A stretch of 64,000 bases of DNA from Trypanosoma brucei (taxonomy: Eukaryota): assembly GCA_000002445.1 (NCBI GenBank), contig CM000208.1, positions 1,760,001 to 1,824,000 of the forward strand. The letters are read 5' to 3'. The notes beneath the pieces were generated by a model. It was not told the DNA's origin, did no database searches, and saw only the letters and a program-made list of their open reading frames with translations. Below are positions 20,970 through 32,449 of the stretch, one piece after another. The position numbers and the translations under genes were made by a program. The first letter of the stretch is position 1. Each line of letters starts with the position of its first letter.

Positions 20970-23900
20970 CGACTAGCGCATCCACGCGTCGATGAACTTT
21001 ACTCTTGGCGGAAGGGGCGGGGGAAGGGGAAGTGAATAAGTTGTTAGTGGGCCTGTGAAGAAAAAAAATCAGTAATTTGACATGCCTTCTTTCCAGAACC
21101 GGCTGGCTTGTCTTTTCATATGGCGGTGCAACTACCGCGGCAATATTGGTGGGGGAGGGGAGATGCAATGAGATTGTTATTCCACTTTCAAACTTGGTGC
21201 ACAACCCTCGCAAGAAAACCTGGTTCCGCCTTACCAAAGCTGGGCACGGCATGCTCGACACAAAGACTAGTGATAATCGGCACGGGTGTGAATCGGTGCG
21301 GTGAGGTGTTGAGTCCGCTCACTCGCCCACATCGCGCAGTTGAATGCGGCGTGAAATGGCACTTTGATGGGGAAATGGGACTTCCCAACGTCAGAAGCCG
21401 AAATAAGATTATCAGAACAGAAATTATTCCACTCGGGCGTAGCAGTGCACGGGGGATGCAACGCACCCTTATGGATCTTGAAACAGACAACGGTCAACCA
21501 GCAGCGGGCCGCCTCCAACGTATGGATCGGAGTGTGCGTCAACAGAATTTACTTGTGCCATTACGAGCTTAGATCGCCCGCGTAAGGGGGAAATTGTTGG
21601 GAAATTTGCCCACAAATACGTACCCGCGGGCTTCGGAGGGGATCTTATCGCCTCCTAAGAGGTGGGACGTTATGGATGAATCCCTTCGGGAGCCGAATAG
21701 CGTGGCTGTGGCGGTGGAAAACCCACGGTGGAAACGGGCTGCCGCCACATCTCTGGGGACGAGCCTTGCAAGGCGCGTGGGTTACGGGAGATAAAGATTG
21801 CCAAGCCGAAAAGGGCGCACAGAAACAGTGCCATATGGCGGTGGGTGGTGCGGAACCTCGAAACCAAAAGCGGCCGAATCAGCAGGTTAGAATTTGACAC
21901 AGTGCTTACTCCAAGCTCTCTTAAACTTGATTGCAGTACCCGACAAACAACCGTTAGCAGGGAGGCATCAGGGGAATTGCCCTTCAGGGATGAGCAGCGC
22001 GAAGCCCGAAAACATGCCGAAAGATCCAATGATGGAACCACCGGGAACGGGGAATCGTAAGCCGAAGCCCTTGGCCTTGGCCTTAGGGAGGGGGGGGTTA
22101 AAGTTAACGGTAAATGAATTTTGTACAGGAGCCGCGCCCTTGGGAAATATACACTAAGGGGATTTGCAGAAGGTCTGTGGGAAAGGGAGGCTGCGCTTGC
22201 TGGGCTTTGTGACCACCTCACCGAAAGCACTGTCACACAATGAAAAGCGGGAGATGGTCATTATAATGCCAATCTTGGTGTCAAAACATGATGAAACGCC
22301 AATAGCAACCTGCAGTGGCCCTCGGCAGCACCATCCAAGGCGCGTCCCACAGCAATGCCCAGTGCGGCACGCCCATCCACTTCAAATATCACCTATCGCT
22401 AAGAGTGGCGGGATACCGTCACCAAATGTTTCCACCACTCCTAAAATACTGTGTTGCGATTTCGAAGTGGGGCAGCCAAGCAAGCGTTGAAGATATATCG
22501 ATGGAAAAAAGAAAGGGGCGTCGGCGGTTAGGTGATGTCCGCTACCGCAGCGCCCACGGCATCCGAGGGGAAGCGCAGTTGCCACAACCACGGCGCACGA
22601 CTCCGCGTAGTTCAATCCGACCTCTGAACATTCCACTATGTGCCAGGGGCAAGTGGGGGTAAAAAAGATACCAAGGACGACAGAGTAACCTGGATATGCC
22701 TGAATCCCTTCCCTAAACGCGCAAACTGACTGTGCAGTCCTGAAAACAGCAACACCGCACACGCCACGCACGGAGGAACGCAACACCACCCCAGGTTGGT
22801 TGATCAAACAAACAGGAAAGCAACATTCCGGGTGTTCGAAAGGAAAGCGAGAGAGCGACCACCAACTGGCGCCAAGGCTGCCGGAGAACAACAAAATCTC
22901 TCCGGGTTGTTAAAGCAGTTGGGGTGGAAGCAATAGTGAGAGGCGATACCGGAAGTGCTAGGCCCTTAAAGAATCCGGTACTATCCGAACAACAGGTTGC
23001 AGGAAATAACGGAAATTGGTGCACGAATGTGGCTGGCGGAATGGGGAACATATCTGCATGCAGATACGGATGCTGCACACCAAAAATAGATGGCCGAGCA
23101 ACACACCGCCACCAAATACATAGAACGCAAGCATGGCCACAACCTACAAAAGCAGCGCAACTCCCTTAAGTTTGAGTCCGAGGAATTTTCTCTACACCTT
23201 CCCCCGCTCCAACTCCCAAGGGCATTGCATGCAGAATGTGAAGTGGATACCGTCGTAACAGTTGGAATTAGTAGCTCAGGAGGGTTATCAAAGTTGAATA
23301 ATGATCACCCGCGATGATTTTGCAAGCCATTCCGTTGTATTGATCCCACCAAAACTGTCGGTGTGAGCAATGCCGTACCAACGCATTGGTCTATACACTA
23401 TACCTTCACTTTCCAACATATATTAAAAGGGCCAAGAAAAATTAGGCGCAGAGTGGGGGGATTTTTCCCACGACGGAAACTCCAACTGAACCACCATACA
23501 AGCGGTTGCACGAAAAGTGCGACGTGTGAAGCAGAGGCGACGGTTGCAGCACCAGCACGCATGGGCGACGCTGAAGTCTTCGGTTATCACTCGTTTGTGT
23601 TTACCCGTAAAGCGCCAAGCAGATTATAGGGGTTAAGTTTCTATTTCCCGATGTTCCCCCCACTAAACCGCTCACTGGCCCCCAAATTGAAAACTTTCCC
23701 TCCTTAATTACATGTTGCATCTATCGTGTTTTAGGGTTCTCAGCAGGGTCAATGCCGCTTGCGAAAACTACTTCATCAGTCTAAATACGGTACGCTTCAG
23801 AGAAAACACGATGACACAGACAAACTATGGTCTAAAAATATTTAGAAAAAAGGATAAAGAATAAGGGCTTCTGGAATGACGACGGCAGTGGAGCGTTCTC

Positions 23901-24393
23901 CTATTTTCCAACAAACACTCGGCCAAAAGTGAAATTATTCCCGCAATAGTTGAAATTGCTCACGAAGAATCATATGTTTGTAAAAGAAAAAATGTATGTA
24001 TATATATAGATAAATATAATTATTGTTATTCATACGTGCGCACTCGTACATAAATGTACTGCTAATACCTACAACACATCCAAACAGAAATGCAATAATC
24101 CCAACTCGAGTACGAAGCGGAGCAACGCTCACACAACTTCGTCCCCCATACCGTTTGTGGGAACCAGTGGCACGTCACATGTGTTCACTCCCTGTTCTGT
24201 ACATGCAGAACTGTTAAATCTCAATGAGTACATGTTTACCTGATGAAAAGAAAAAACTGGGCTCAAAGACTACGAAAAAAAAATAGGTAAATAAACTCCC
24301 TCCCGATCGATCACAACATAATAAATCTTCGAAAAAAAAAACTTTCCCCCTTACCGGTCCCCTTTCATCCGGTTAAAACAAAAAACTATAGCT

Positions 24394-27300
24394 TTACGGT
24401 TTCGCTTCATCTGAGGATTGAGTTACGGGTACGGCAAAAGATGCATCAGATAAGCATCGTGGCACCTCCTCCATCATAACCTCGTTGTCGCATATGACAA
24501 CCGCGTTCTGGCGTTCCCTTCCCAAAAATAAAACTGCCGACAGCCCCACCGCCAGTAACAAAAACGTGGAACCAACCAAAAGCAGCAATCCCGCACTGAC
24601 GCTCGATCCTTTCCCCTTTGCATTCGAGAACTTGGGGGAATCCTCAGTAGAGCATCCATCACAGAATGCAACAAGCTTTAACGAACACGAAGATTTCAAG
24701 AACATTCCGTCAGTCCCGTCCGCTGCATCGCTTACCTCCGTATCATTGCAGTCACCTGTGATGTCGCAATCATCAGTTTCATTGCAGTCACCTGTGATGT
24801 TGCAATCATCAGTTTCATTGCAGTCACCTGTGATGTCGCAATCATCGGTTTCATTGCAGTCACCTGTGATGTTGCAATCATCGGTTTCATTGCAGTCACC
24901 TGTGATGTTACAATCATCGGTTTCATTGCAGTCACCTGTGATGTCGCAATCATCGGTTTCATTGCAGTCACCTGTGATGTTGCAATCATCGGTTTCATTG
25001 CAGTCACCTGTGATGTTACAATCATCGGTTTCATTGCAGTCACCTGTGATGTCGCAATCATCGGTTTCATTGCAGTCACCTGTGATGTTACAATCATCGG
25101 TTTCATTGCAGTCACCTGTGATGTTGCAATCATCGGTTTCATTGCAGTCACCTGTGATGTTGCAATCATCGGTTTCATTGCAGTCACCTGTGATGTTGCA
25201 ATCATCGGTTTCATTGCAGTCACCTGTGATGTTGCAATCATCGGTTTCATTGCAGTCACCTGTGATGTCGCAATCATCGGTTTCATTGCAGTCACCTGTG
25301 ATGTTGCAATCATCGGTTTCATTGCAGTCACCTGTGATGTCGCAATCATCGGTTTCATTGCAGTCACCTGTGATGTTACAATCATCGGTTTCATTGCAGT
25401 CACCTGTGATGTCGCAATCATCGGTTTCATTGCAGTCACCTGTGATGTCGCAATCATCAGTTTCATTGCAGTCACCTGTGATGTTGCAATCATCGGTTTC
25501 ATTGCAGTCACCTGTGATGTTGCAATCATCGGTTTCATTGCAGTCACCTGTGATGTTACAATCATCGGTTTCATTGCAGTCACCTGTGATGTCGCAATCA
25601 TCGGTTTCATTGCAGTCACCTGTGATGTTGCAATCATCGGTTTCATTGCAGTCACCTGTGATGTCGCAATCATCGGTTTCATTGCAGTCACCTGTGATGT
25701 CGCAATCATCAGTTTCATTGCAGTCACCTGTGATGTTGCAATCATCGGTTTCATTGCAGTCACCTGTGATGTTGCAATCATCGGTTTCATTGCAGTCACC
25801 TGTGATGTTACAATCATCGGTTTCATTGCAGTCACCTGTGATGTTGCAATCATCGGTTTCATTGCAGTCACCTGTGATGTTGCAATCATCGGTTTCATTG
25901 CAGTCACCTGTGATGTTGCAATCATCAGTTTCATTGCAGTCACCTGTGATGTTGCAATCATCAGTTTCATTGCAGTCACCTGTGATGTTGCAATCATCAG
26001 TTTCATTGCAGTCACCTGTGATGTTGCAATCATCAGTTTCATTGCAGTCACCTGTGATGTTGCAATCATCAGTTTCATTGCAGTCACCTGTGATGTTGCA
26101 ATCATCGGTTTCATTGCAGTCACCTGTGATGTTGCAATCATCGGTTTCATTGCAGTCACCTGTGATGTTGCAATCATCAGTTTCATTGCAGTCACCTGTG
26201 ATGTCGCAATCATCAGTTTCATTGCAGTCACCTGTGATGTCGCAATCATCGGTTTCATTGCAGTCACCTGTGATGTTGCAATCATCAGTTTCATTGCAGT
26301 CACCTGTGATGTCGCAATCATCGGTTTCATTGCAGTCACCTGTGATGTTGCAATCATCGGTTTCATTGCAGTCACCTGTGATGTTGCAATCATCAGTTTC
26401 ATTGCAGTCACCTGTGATGTCGCAATCATCGGTTTCATTGCAGTCACCTGTGATGTTACAATCATCGGTTTCATTGCAGTCACCTGTGATGTCGCAATCA
26501 TCGGTTTCATTGCAGTCACCTGTGATGTCGCAATCATCGGTTTCATTGCAGTCACCTGTGATGTTGCAATCATCGGTTTCATTGCAGTCACCTGTGATGT
26601 TGCAATCATCGGTTTCATTGCAGTCACCTGTGATGTTGCAATCATCAGTTTCATTGCAGTCACCTGTGATGTTGCAATCATCAGTTTCATTGCAGTCACC
26701 TGTGATGTCGCAATCATCGGTTTCATTGCAGTCACCTGTGATGTTGCAATCATCGGTTTCATTGCAGTCACCTGTGATGTTGCAATCATCAGTTTCATTG
26801 CAGTCACCTGTGATGTCGCAATCATCGGTTTCATTGCAGTCACCTGTGATGTTGCAATCATCGGTTTCATTGCAGTCACCTGTGATGTCGCAATCATCAG
26901 TTTCATTGCAGTCACCTGTGATGTTGCAATCATCAGTTTCATTGCAGTCACCTGTGATGTTGCAATCATCAGTTTCATTGCAGTCACCTGTGATGTCGCA
27001 ATCATCAGTTTCATTGCAGTCACCTGTGATGTCGCAATCATCGGTTTCATTGCAGTCACCTGTGATGTTGCAATCATCAGTTTCATTGCAGTCACCTGTG
27101 ATGTCGCAATCATCGGTTTCATTGCAGTCACCTGTGATGTCGCAATCATCGGTTTCATTGCAGTCACCTGTGATGTTACAATCATCGGTTTCATTGCAGT
27201 CACCTGTGATGTCGCAATCATCGGTTTCATTGCAGTCACCTGTGATGTTGCAATCATCAGTTTCATTGCAGTCACCTGTGATGTCGCAATCATCGGTTTC

Positions 27301-27840
27301 ATTGCAGTCACCTGTGATGTTGCAATCATCAGTTTCATTGCAGTCACCTGTGATGTCGCAATCATCGGTTTCATTGCAGTCACCTGTGATGTTGCAATCA
27401 TCAGTTTCATTGCAGTCACCTGTGATGTCGCAATCATCGGTTTCATTGCAGTCACCTGTGATGTTACAATCATCGGTTTCATTGCAGTCACCTGTGATGT
27501 CGCAATCATCGGTTTCATTGCAGTCACCTGTGATGTTGCAATCATCGGTTTCATTGCAGTCACCTGTGATGTTGCAATCATCGGTTTCATTGCAGTCACC
27601 TGTGATGTTACAATCATCAGTTTCATTGCAGTCACCTGTGATGTTACAATCATCGGCGTAACCCGTAGCGTTCTTGTAGTCGAAGAAGAAATCATCATGT
27701 ACGGCATCAGCAGGGGGTGTGGCTACCTCAGCATTTGATTCTTCAAAGATTGGACCTGCCTCGTTAGCCATGCCAGGCACACACGCGGTGCTGGTGAATA
27801 AGACGGTCATAAACAAAGGAATGTAGTATTTGGCGGACAT
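24394..27840 (-). CDS. CRAM: Cysteine-rich acidic integral membrane repeat protein (CRAM-like), type I membrane protein
   Basis: Signal peptide MSAKYYIPLFMTVLFTSTACVPG. About 81 tandem copies of the 12-aa unit DDC(N/D)ITGDCNET. C-terminal transmembrane span GLLLLVGSTFLLLAVGLSAVLFLG plus a roughly 40-aa cytoplasmic tail. This matches the published description of T. brucei CRAM: a 12-aa repeat encoded by a 36-bp unit, flagellar-pocket location. Confidence 0.9.
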   Translation of the reverse strand: MSAKYYIPLFMTVLFTSTACVPGMANEAGPIFEESNAEVATPPADAVHDDFFFDYKNATGYADDCNITGDCNETDDCNITGDCNETDDCNITGDCNETDDCNITGDCNETDDCDITGDCNETDDCNITGDCNETDDCDITGDCNETDDCNITGDCNETDDCDITGDCNETDDCNITGDCNETDDCDITGDCNETDDCNITGDCNETDDCDITGDCNETDDCNITGDCNETDDCDITGDCNETDDCDITGDCNETDDCNITGDCNETDDCDITGDCNETDDCDITGDCNETDDCNITGDCNETDDCNITGDCNETDDCDITGDCNETDDCNITGDCNETDDCDITGDCNETDDCNITGDCNETDDCNITGDCNETDDCDITGDCNETDDCNITGDCNETDDCNITGDCNETDDCNITGDCNETDDCNITGDCNETDDCDITGDCNETDDCDITGDCNETDDCNITGDCNETDDCDITGDCNETDDCNITGDCNETDDCNITGDCNETDDCDITGDCNETDDCNITGDCNETDDCDITGDCNETDDCDITGDCNETDDCNITGDCNETDDCNITGDCNETDDCNITGDCNETDDCNITGDCNETDDCNITGDCNETDDCNITGDCNETDDCNITGDCNETDDCNITGDCNETDDCNITGDCNETDDCNITGDCNETDDCNITGDCNETDDCNITGDCNETDDCNITGDCNETDDCDITGDCNETDDCDITGDCNETDDCNITGDCNETDDCDITGDCNETDDCNITGDCNETDDCNITGDCNETDDCNITGDCNETDDCDITGDCNETDDCDITGDCNETDDCNITGDCNETDDCDITGDCNETDDCNITGDCNETDDCDITGDCNETDDCNITGDCNETDDCNITGDCNETDDCNITGDCNETDDCNITGDCNETDDCNITGDCNETDDCDITGDCNETDDCNITGDCNETDDCNITGDCNETDDCDITGDCNETDDCNITGDCNETDDCNITGDCNETDDCDITGDCNETDDCNITGDCNETDDCDITGDCNDTEVSDAADGTDGMFLKSSCSLKLVAFCDGCSTEDSPKFSNAKGKGSSVSAGLLLLVGSTFLLLAVGLSAVLFLGRERQNAVVICDNEVMMEEVPRCLSDASFAVPVTQSSDEAKP
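24732..27650. repeat. 36-bp tandem repeat array (about 81 units) inside the CRAM-like CDS
   Basis: Plus-strand unit: tcattgcagtcacctgtgatgt[t/c]gcaatcatc[g/a]gtt. Three polymorphic positions per unit: AAC/GAC (N/D), ACC/ACT (synonymous Thr) and TGC/TGT (synonymous Cys). Confidence 0.95.
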
Positions 27841-28374
27841 TGCCCTGTTTAAGAATAGCGTTAACTTGTGTCGCGAAAGCTCCTTGGGATGAGGAGGTAG
27901 GGGAAAGGAGAGATTTAGAACATTGGAGAGGACGCAAAGTGAATTCGGGCTTCAAGAGGCGCAGGATGGAAAAAAGAGTCAGAACATCGAGCGACAGCAT
28001 GGTGGTGAAATCTTTCAAACAAACTCACCCTTTTAAGGCACATACCTTATCCGTTTCTTCCCCCACCGTTGAGGCCACTGAAGCTTCTCCGCACTGCCAC
28101 ACTTGCAACAAAGGTGCCGTACACAAAACAAGTTGAAGGGAGAATTGACCGTGGACCACAAAAAATGTCTGAGAATTCCAATCGATGTGGCTCACGTCGA
28201 ACCCCAACACCGGAAGAAACGATCCCCAAAGAGAAGCCTAGCAGGCAAAGTCTTTTTATCAACCCCCATCCGGCCAGCTCTTCAATCAGTCTGAGAATAT
28301 GAGGTATATTTATCTGCTGAGCATGCGACAGGAGGATTGTGGAAGCACCACGCGGTACTGACGCTTGACGAGTG

Positions 28375-28830
28375 TCACTTATTTCGGCTGTCCAGCACAA
28401 GCGTCACTGGGCCATCGTTGGTCATATTGATATTCATGTAGGATTGGAATCGCCCTGTCGATATTTTGTGAGCCGCATAGTCCCTGCAAAGAGCCTCACG
28501 CAAGTTGTTAAACAGTTCAGATGCTCTCTCTGGCTTCATTGCCAGGTGGAAGTCGGGTTTATTTCCCTTAAGTACGTGCATGAGAGTAAATTGTGACACG
28601 AGAAGAATTCCGCCGTCCACCTGCTTCACATTACGGTCCCACGTTTTCTGCCCATCCTCACTACGCCATATGCGAAGCGACAGCAGTTTGTGGGCAATGT
28701 AGTCCACATCGCTCATATCATCTTCGTGGTGTATGCCCACCAACGCCACAATTCCACGCCCAACACTACCAACAACCTCCTCACCAACCGTTACGGCACC
28801 CTCCAGAACACGCTGAACGACAACTCTCAT
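28375..28830 (-). CDS. DTD: D-tyrosyl-tRNA(Tyr) deacylase (D-aminoacyl-tRNA deacylase)
   Basis: Canonical N-terminus MRVVVQRV and the SQFTL motif. About 150 aa, the expected family size. Gly-cisPro-like segment NMTNDGPVTL. Confidence 0.9.
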   Translation of the reverse strand: MRVVVQRVLEGAVTVGEEVVGSVGRGIVALVGIHHEDDMSDVDYIAHKLLSLRIWRSEDGQKTWDRNVKQVDGGILLVSQFTLMHVLKGNKPDFHLAMKPERASELFNNLREALCRDYAAHKISTGRFQSYMNINMTNDGPVTLVLDSRNK

Positions 28831-29671
28831 ACGTGACGCTTAAAACACGCCCCACATATACACCCCAATACACGTCCGCACATTTGAAAGGGGGAAAAAA
28901 GCAGAAGTGCACATTTCACACACGATTTAGTGGCAGGGAAGGAGGAAAAATAAAATCAACTACATACACATATAGCCATGTGAAACCCGTTTTAATATTG
29001 AGAATAATATCAACAATAATAATGGTAACAAATAGTAGTAGTGATGAAAATGGCCCCTCGCCGTCATGCATCGGCGAAACCTCTCATTGATATCCCAATG
29101 GGTTAACTCCCTTACCACCGGTGACGGAAAAGCAATTTCCCCACGCAAGTTTCAGACCAGCTGCAGACGAGGCCAACCCCTTCCTTAATCCTCAGTTCAA
29201 TCAGTGAAATCAGTTCACCGTTGCGTACCAAACCAGTAGAATTAAGAATCGCCACTGACCAAAACACGCACACAAAAAACCCAAATGGTTTGAGCGGCCG
29301 GCAGTGAGTGAGCCAACAAGAGGTCTCTGTGGATAATGCAAGCGCGCGAAAACCACCAATCAGATTAAGAGGTTGCGCCCATACCGTCAGCTGGGCTCTA
29401 CTCCGCCTCCCTCTATAGGTCCATAGTTGATAGTGTGGAAAGGGAATCTGTCACAGTGCCTCGGGTTTCCCGCAACACCAAACACGCACCTACGCTTAGG
29501 TGTAGTTGCGCTCAACCGCACCTCACACGGAACCGAAACGTGAGAAGAGGAACAGTCAACACATGATGGGGAATTTCCAAAGAAAACGGAGAGATCAGAT
29601 ACGGTAAATGCCCACAATAGCAACAGCAGCAATCAGGGATGAAGCCAATGGTGGTCCACGAGCTCCAAATC

Positions 29672-32212
29672 CTACGAAGCCTGCTGCTGTTCAAGCACGG
29701 CATGGAGCGTCTCAAAACCCTTCAGTTCGCGCAGTCGCTCCCGCTGCGACTCCACCGTGCAGCAACGGGACAATGCGATAGCAACGTTCTTCTGTGCTGC
29801 ACGCGCATGGCACCACTGCGGTGTACCATTTTTTCCTTCATGCTCCAACGAAAACAGGGACGCCCGCACCTTACGAAGGCTCTCCAACAAAACATCGACG
29901 CCGCGAAGTGCCACGTAGTGCTCACATCCTGCAGGTGGAACAAAGGAACAAATAAGAGCAGCATTACCAACCGCCACCGCGTGTCGGTCTCCCCCCAGTT
30001 GGACGACACGCAGCAAAGCGCGAACCCGCTCGAGCTCCCATAAGCCTTCCACACTCGAGAGAAGCTTCTTTGAATAGAACCCCGCAAGCAACGTTGTGGT
30101 GTGCTCCACAACTTCCCATAGCGCAGACGGTTTAGCCTCCGAACCCTCGCTGTCCACTGCGAGTCCATCCCTTTTCGCTTCAGCTTCATATATCTCCACT
30201 GCGTCGCCTCCAAGTATGGAGAGCGCGGAATCGAGCATCGACCACAGCGTACCTTCATCCTTCAATATGGCATCACGGAGTGAGTCGTCGAAAGGAGAAA
30301 ACTTTGAAAGAACCCCCGTCATTTTAGAACAAACGGTCGCTCTCTCCGTCGAGACTCCACCGGATTGGGCTCGGTCGCGCAGCACGTACCAAGCACAGAG
30401 TGCAAAGTGCATTTTGCCATTACCAGTTTCAACCATCGTGTCGCACCATTGCTTCACATAATCTCGCCGAGACTCCGCCTGCAGGAACAAATTGTACACA
30501 AGAGCAAATAACCCCTCTTCCGCCCGAGCTGACAAAGGGGCTGACGCACAAACCTTTGGGGGCGGCAGCATTTGAGCGAGAGCACACGTGAAACTGGACG
30601 TGGACATCGCTTTTGCGCACGTATGGTTTGTACATGACACACGGACGGCCAGTGACAGTCCTACTTCCTTCAGCAGCGTGGGCCCTGCCGTGAGAGCTGC
30701 GTCAACCACACGCACGCCAATTTTTTCTAGCGTCGGTGTCATTGCTTTTGCGACGACCTCTACTTTTAGGAGCGCCTCTAGAAGCCCACAAAGAAAGTAG
30801 AGTGGCTGCGGAGCAGGACGACCCCCTCTCAACACACTTTCCGATATTTTCTCCATTACTGGACCACAAGGAGTGTGAACTTCATTGGGAAAGCGCGTGG
30901 CTAAGCCTTCCAGAGCCTGGAGCAACCCAGACACAAGCGATAAACAAGTCTCTATATTTACCCCTCGAGCTGCTCCCTTGTCCATGCCTTCAACAGCTTC
31001 AACTAAAACTGCCGTTAGGTTGTTTGCCATTTCGTGAATACTTGAAGGCTCCAACTCATCTGCACATGCCTCACTTCCAACCAAAACAAGAGACAAGAGT
31101 CGAAGGGAAGCAAACAAGACCATTCCCTCAGGCGACATGTCTTTGGCACCCGCGGCACAAACAACACCGAAACGTTCTTCTGCACTACCAGAAAGCAGAC
31201 CGAGAATCAGCTCCGTCAACGAGTCCATTCCATCACGGAGAGCGAACAGGACCGCTGCGCCGAGATGAAAACACTGAACGACTTTCAGGCAGCGGCAGAC
31301 GGCCTTCAAAACCCGTATCATACACTTCCTCTTACGACCTTGCTTTTCCGCAACATTTTCTCTGTTTTCCTCACTACTCGCCTCACTCACATTCGGTAAC
31401 TCCTTCACGGCGGCAATGAGATCACATGTCGCATTAGACAGCTGTTCCGCGTCTCCTGAATAATGATGCTGGAAGGCAGCACAGCGTTCATGTTCACTCT
31501 TTATTCGCCGCAACCACTGAGCAAGATCCGCTGCCTCTTGATTTGAAACATCTTTCTGGAGCGCCGCTTCAGCATCTCGCAGCGCATCCAGCGGCCTGCG
31601 CAGATGTCTTAGCGCTGTGGCGCGCCGCAACAGAGCCTTCACATTCGTTGGCTCCTCGCGTAAAACATAGCTTGCGTCTTCCACAGCATCCAAGTAGCGT
31701 TTCAACTTCAGCTGAACAAGAGCGCGGTTGTTGTGCAGCGTAACCTGCAGTGACGCATCCACCACATTCAACCCAATGGCATTGGAGTACAATTTAAAGG
31801 CAGTTTCCCAATCAGAAGCTCTCACAGCCTTCGCCGCCTCCTCCTTCATTCGTAGTGCCTCATCCAAAGAGACCCTTTCCGCCCGGCTAAATAATGCTTC
31901 ATCCTTATTACAGTTCTTGCCTTTACCCTTGCAAGTGGGACCATCGGTTTCTTTCAACAGTGTATCAATAAATTCATCGTTCTCAAAACGCGAGTAGTAA
32001 CGCGGATCGTACCGCATTTTCACTTTATCACGCCTTTCCCGTGCCTCAGCCTCGCGGCGACGGGCTTCACGCTCCTCTCGCTTTCGTTCCGCTTCCATGG
32101 GATCCTCGTTGAGTATCTCTTGCACTGCGGCGGTAATGTCATCGATGCGGTCAAGCCAATTTTCCACCTCGTGTCGCGATGGTGCCTTGCAATCCAAATT
32201 AATTTCTGGCAT
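29672..32212 (-). CDS. TPR-repeat-containing protein with large helical (ARM/HEAT-like) C-terminal region
   Basis: 846-aa ORF. Charged coiled region (EREARRREAEARERRDK), then TPR-like helices (FKLYSNAIGL...NRALVQLKLKRYLDAVEDASYVL...NVKALLRRATAL), then a long Leu/Ala-rich helical region. Confidence 0.7.
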   Translation of the reverse strand: MPEINLDCKAPSRHEVENWLDRIDDITAAVQEILNEDPMEAERKREEREARRREAEARERRDKVKMRYDPRYYSRFENDEFIDTLLKETDGPTCKGKGKNCNKDEALFSRAERVSLDEALRMKEEAAKAVRASDWETAFKLYSNAIGLNVVDASLQVTLHNNRALVQLKLKRYLDAVEDASYVLREEPTNVKALLRRATALRHLRRPLDALRDAEAALQKDVSNQEAADLAQWLRRIKSEHERCAAFQHHYSGDAEQLSNATCDLIAAVKELPNVSEASSEENRENVAEKQGRKRKCMIRVLKAVCRCLKVVQCFHLGAAVLFALRDGMDSLTELILGLLSGSAEERFGVVCAAGAKDMSPEGMVLFASLRLLSLVLVGSEACADELEPSSIHEMANNLTAVLVEAVEGMDKGAARGVNIETCLSLVSGLLQALEGLATRFPNEVHTPCGPVMEKISESVLRGGRPAPQPLYFLCGLLEALLKVEVVAKAMTPTLEKIGVRVVDAALTAGPTLLKEVGLSLAVRVSCTNHTCAKAMSTSSFTCALAQMLPPPKVCASAPLSARAEEGLFALVYNLFLQAESRRDYVKQWCDTMVETGNGKMHFALCAWYVLRDRAQSGGVSTERATVCSKMTGVLSKFSPFDDSLRDAILKDEGTLWSMLDSALSILGGDAVEIYEAEAKRDGLAVDSEGSEAKPSALWEVVEHTTTLLAGFYSKKLLSSVEGLWELERVRALLRVVQLGGDRHAVAVGNAALICSFVPPAGCEHYVALRGVDVLLESLRKVRASLFSLEHEGKNGTPQWCHARAAQKNVAIALSRCCTVESQRERLRELKGFETLHAVLEQQQAS

Positions 32213-32449
32213 TTCTATGTCGTATTTTTTTTTTTAATGTTGTGAAGATTTTCTGTTCCTTTTCTTGTTTTTAAATCTCTCGTACGGATTGCCTTCAACA
32301 CCGCCAAAAACACGGAAGAAAAAAACCGTAGCAACCTCTCTCCTATCTCTGTAACACTAACAATTACACACCATCATCATCACAATCATCATCACAACAA
32401 CAACAACGATAATAATAATAATAGCAACAAAAAGCGCCATGTTCATGAC

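Noticed and set aside
18755-24393. tRNA gene in or near the strand-switch region
   Set aside because: I searched by eye for T-loop/B-box-like GGTTCGANTCC and found only partial matches (for example gtgttcgaaagg near 22821, ccgttcgacctc near 18900) without a complementary stem context. A covariance-model scan is still needed.
24485-27661. 1058-aa plus-strand ORF (SVSLQSPVM repeats) and 991-aa minus-strand ORF (ATSQVTAMKPMI repeats) overlapping the CRAM-like gene
   Set aside because: Both are open only because the 36-bp unit has no stop codons in these frames. They lack start context, signal peptide or termini. The Cys-rich frame, flanked by a signal peptide and a TM segment, is the real one.
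29722-30258. 178-aa minus-strand ORF and several plus-strand ORFs (29639-31419) overlapping the 846-aa TPR protein gene
   Set aside because: Alternative or opposite frames of a long, continuous cluster-strand ORF. No independent support.
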